64,000 nucleotides of DNA. Origin: Tortispora ganteri. Taxonomy: Eukaryota. A program made the translations under genes and the position numbers. Where the stretch lies: NCBI GenBank assembly GCA_003707115.1, contig PPNB01000012.1, positions 62,001 through 126,000 of the forward strand, written 5' to 3'. Numbering within the stretch: the stretch's first letter is position 1; each line of letters begins with the position of its first letter. Shown in pieces: positions 63,420 to 64,000 of the stretch. Below the pieces are notes generated by a model. That model was given only the letters and a program-made list of their open reading frames with translations, was not told the origin of the DNA and searched no databases.

Positions 63420-64000
63420 CTAAAGTAGTAGATCGTCTAGCGCCCCATTCGTCGATTTGCTGGCACTGGTGCTCGTTCCACTGGACGCCTTCGCGGCAGT
63501 AGTAGTAGTCGACGGAGAGTTCCACATTCCTTCAGTGGCCTTATGCTGTGCCATCTGCGCTAACCCTTTAGGGCCTTGTGTGGTGTTGTGCGGCTTCTTC
63601 ACGTCCTTAGACGCGAGATTCCAGATATCTCCAAAGACATCGTTCTTTGCCTTAGAGGAAACCGCCGGTGCTGCAGTTTTAGTGGGCATGGTAGCTGGAG
63701 AGCCACCAGCTGCAGCTCCAGGCACAGCGCTGGGACCAGCAGAAAAGCTTGCTGCGGGTGCAGATGTCGTAGCCGTAGGCACGGTGTTGAATAAGTCTAG
63801 GATAGAAGAAGTTGTATTCGAGGGTTGTGTAGCAGAGACGCCGGTGGTACTGTTTGAAGCACTCTGGAACTCTTCAAACTCATCGTCATCGTCGTCGGCG
63901 GCTGTAGCAGGCGCTGGAGCACCCACTGCCGCCTGCCGGGGCTGAGTGGGTTGATTTTCTGGCTCATCGAAAGAAAATAAGTCCTGCTCCTGTTTTTGAG
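63420..64000 (-). CDS. ENT3: C-terminal part of an epsin-like clathrin adaptor (Ent3-like), 5'-truncated
   Basis: Frame runs off the window end. DLFSFDE, DDDEFEEFQSA, DVFGDIW, GMW and terminal ALDDLLL adaptor/clathrin-type motifs. The ENTH domain is not in the window. Confidence 0.7.
   Translation of the reverse strand, partial: QKQEQDLFSFDEPENQPTQPRQAAVGAPAPATAADDDDDEFEEFQSASNSTTGVSATQPSNTTSSILDLFNTVPTATTSAPAASFSAGPSAVPGAAAGGSPATMPTKTAAPAVSSKAKNDVFGDIWNLASKDVKKPHNTTQGPKGLAQMAQHKATEGMWNSPSTTTTAAKASSGTSTSASKSTNGALDDLLL

Overview
Eukaryotic, gene-dense DNA from a compact, intron-poor ascomycete yeast. CTG falls at conserved Leu positions in FIS1 and END3, so the standard code is likely. The gene content (Tudor-SN, GT90, AidB-like acyl-CoA dehydrogenase, LdhA-like dehydrogenase) suggests a non-Saccharomyces lineage; this is inference. 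About 43 protein-coding genes, mostly housekeeping (CHS3 partial, END3, FIS1, SSO1, UTP4, SEH1, ALG7, FAA1, PAN6, KRE9, RPB9, CTK3, PRO3, PKA, SRP102, CYS4, DED81, KAP120, PEX2, SPA2, ATP18, NBP2, ENT3 partial). Four genes only assemble correctly after splicing five short GT-AG introns that the ORF track misses. I recognised no tRNA, rRNA, transposon or CRISPR array. Best leads: (1) an intron-split secreted protein at 58184-58845 whose predicted mature N-terminus is His and which has an LPMO-like histidine-brace pattern; (2) SRP102 and an LrgA/LrgB-like transporter in the same frame, separated only by TAA plus 15 nt; (3) a Tudor-SN whose Tudor aromatic cage looks lost; (4) a bacterial-LdhA-like D-lactate dehydrogenase with an intron-appended N-terminus; (5) recurrent paired AACCCT telobox-like motifs in intergenic DNA. 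All family calls come from motif recognition, not database searches.
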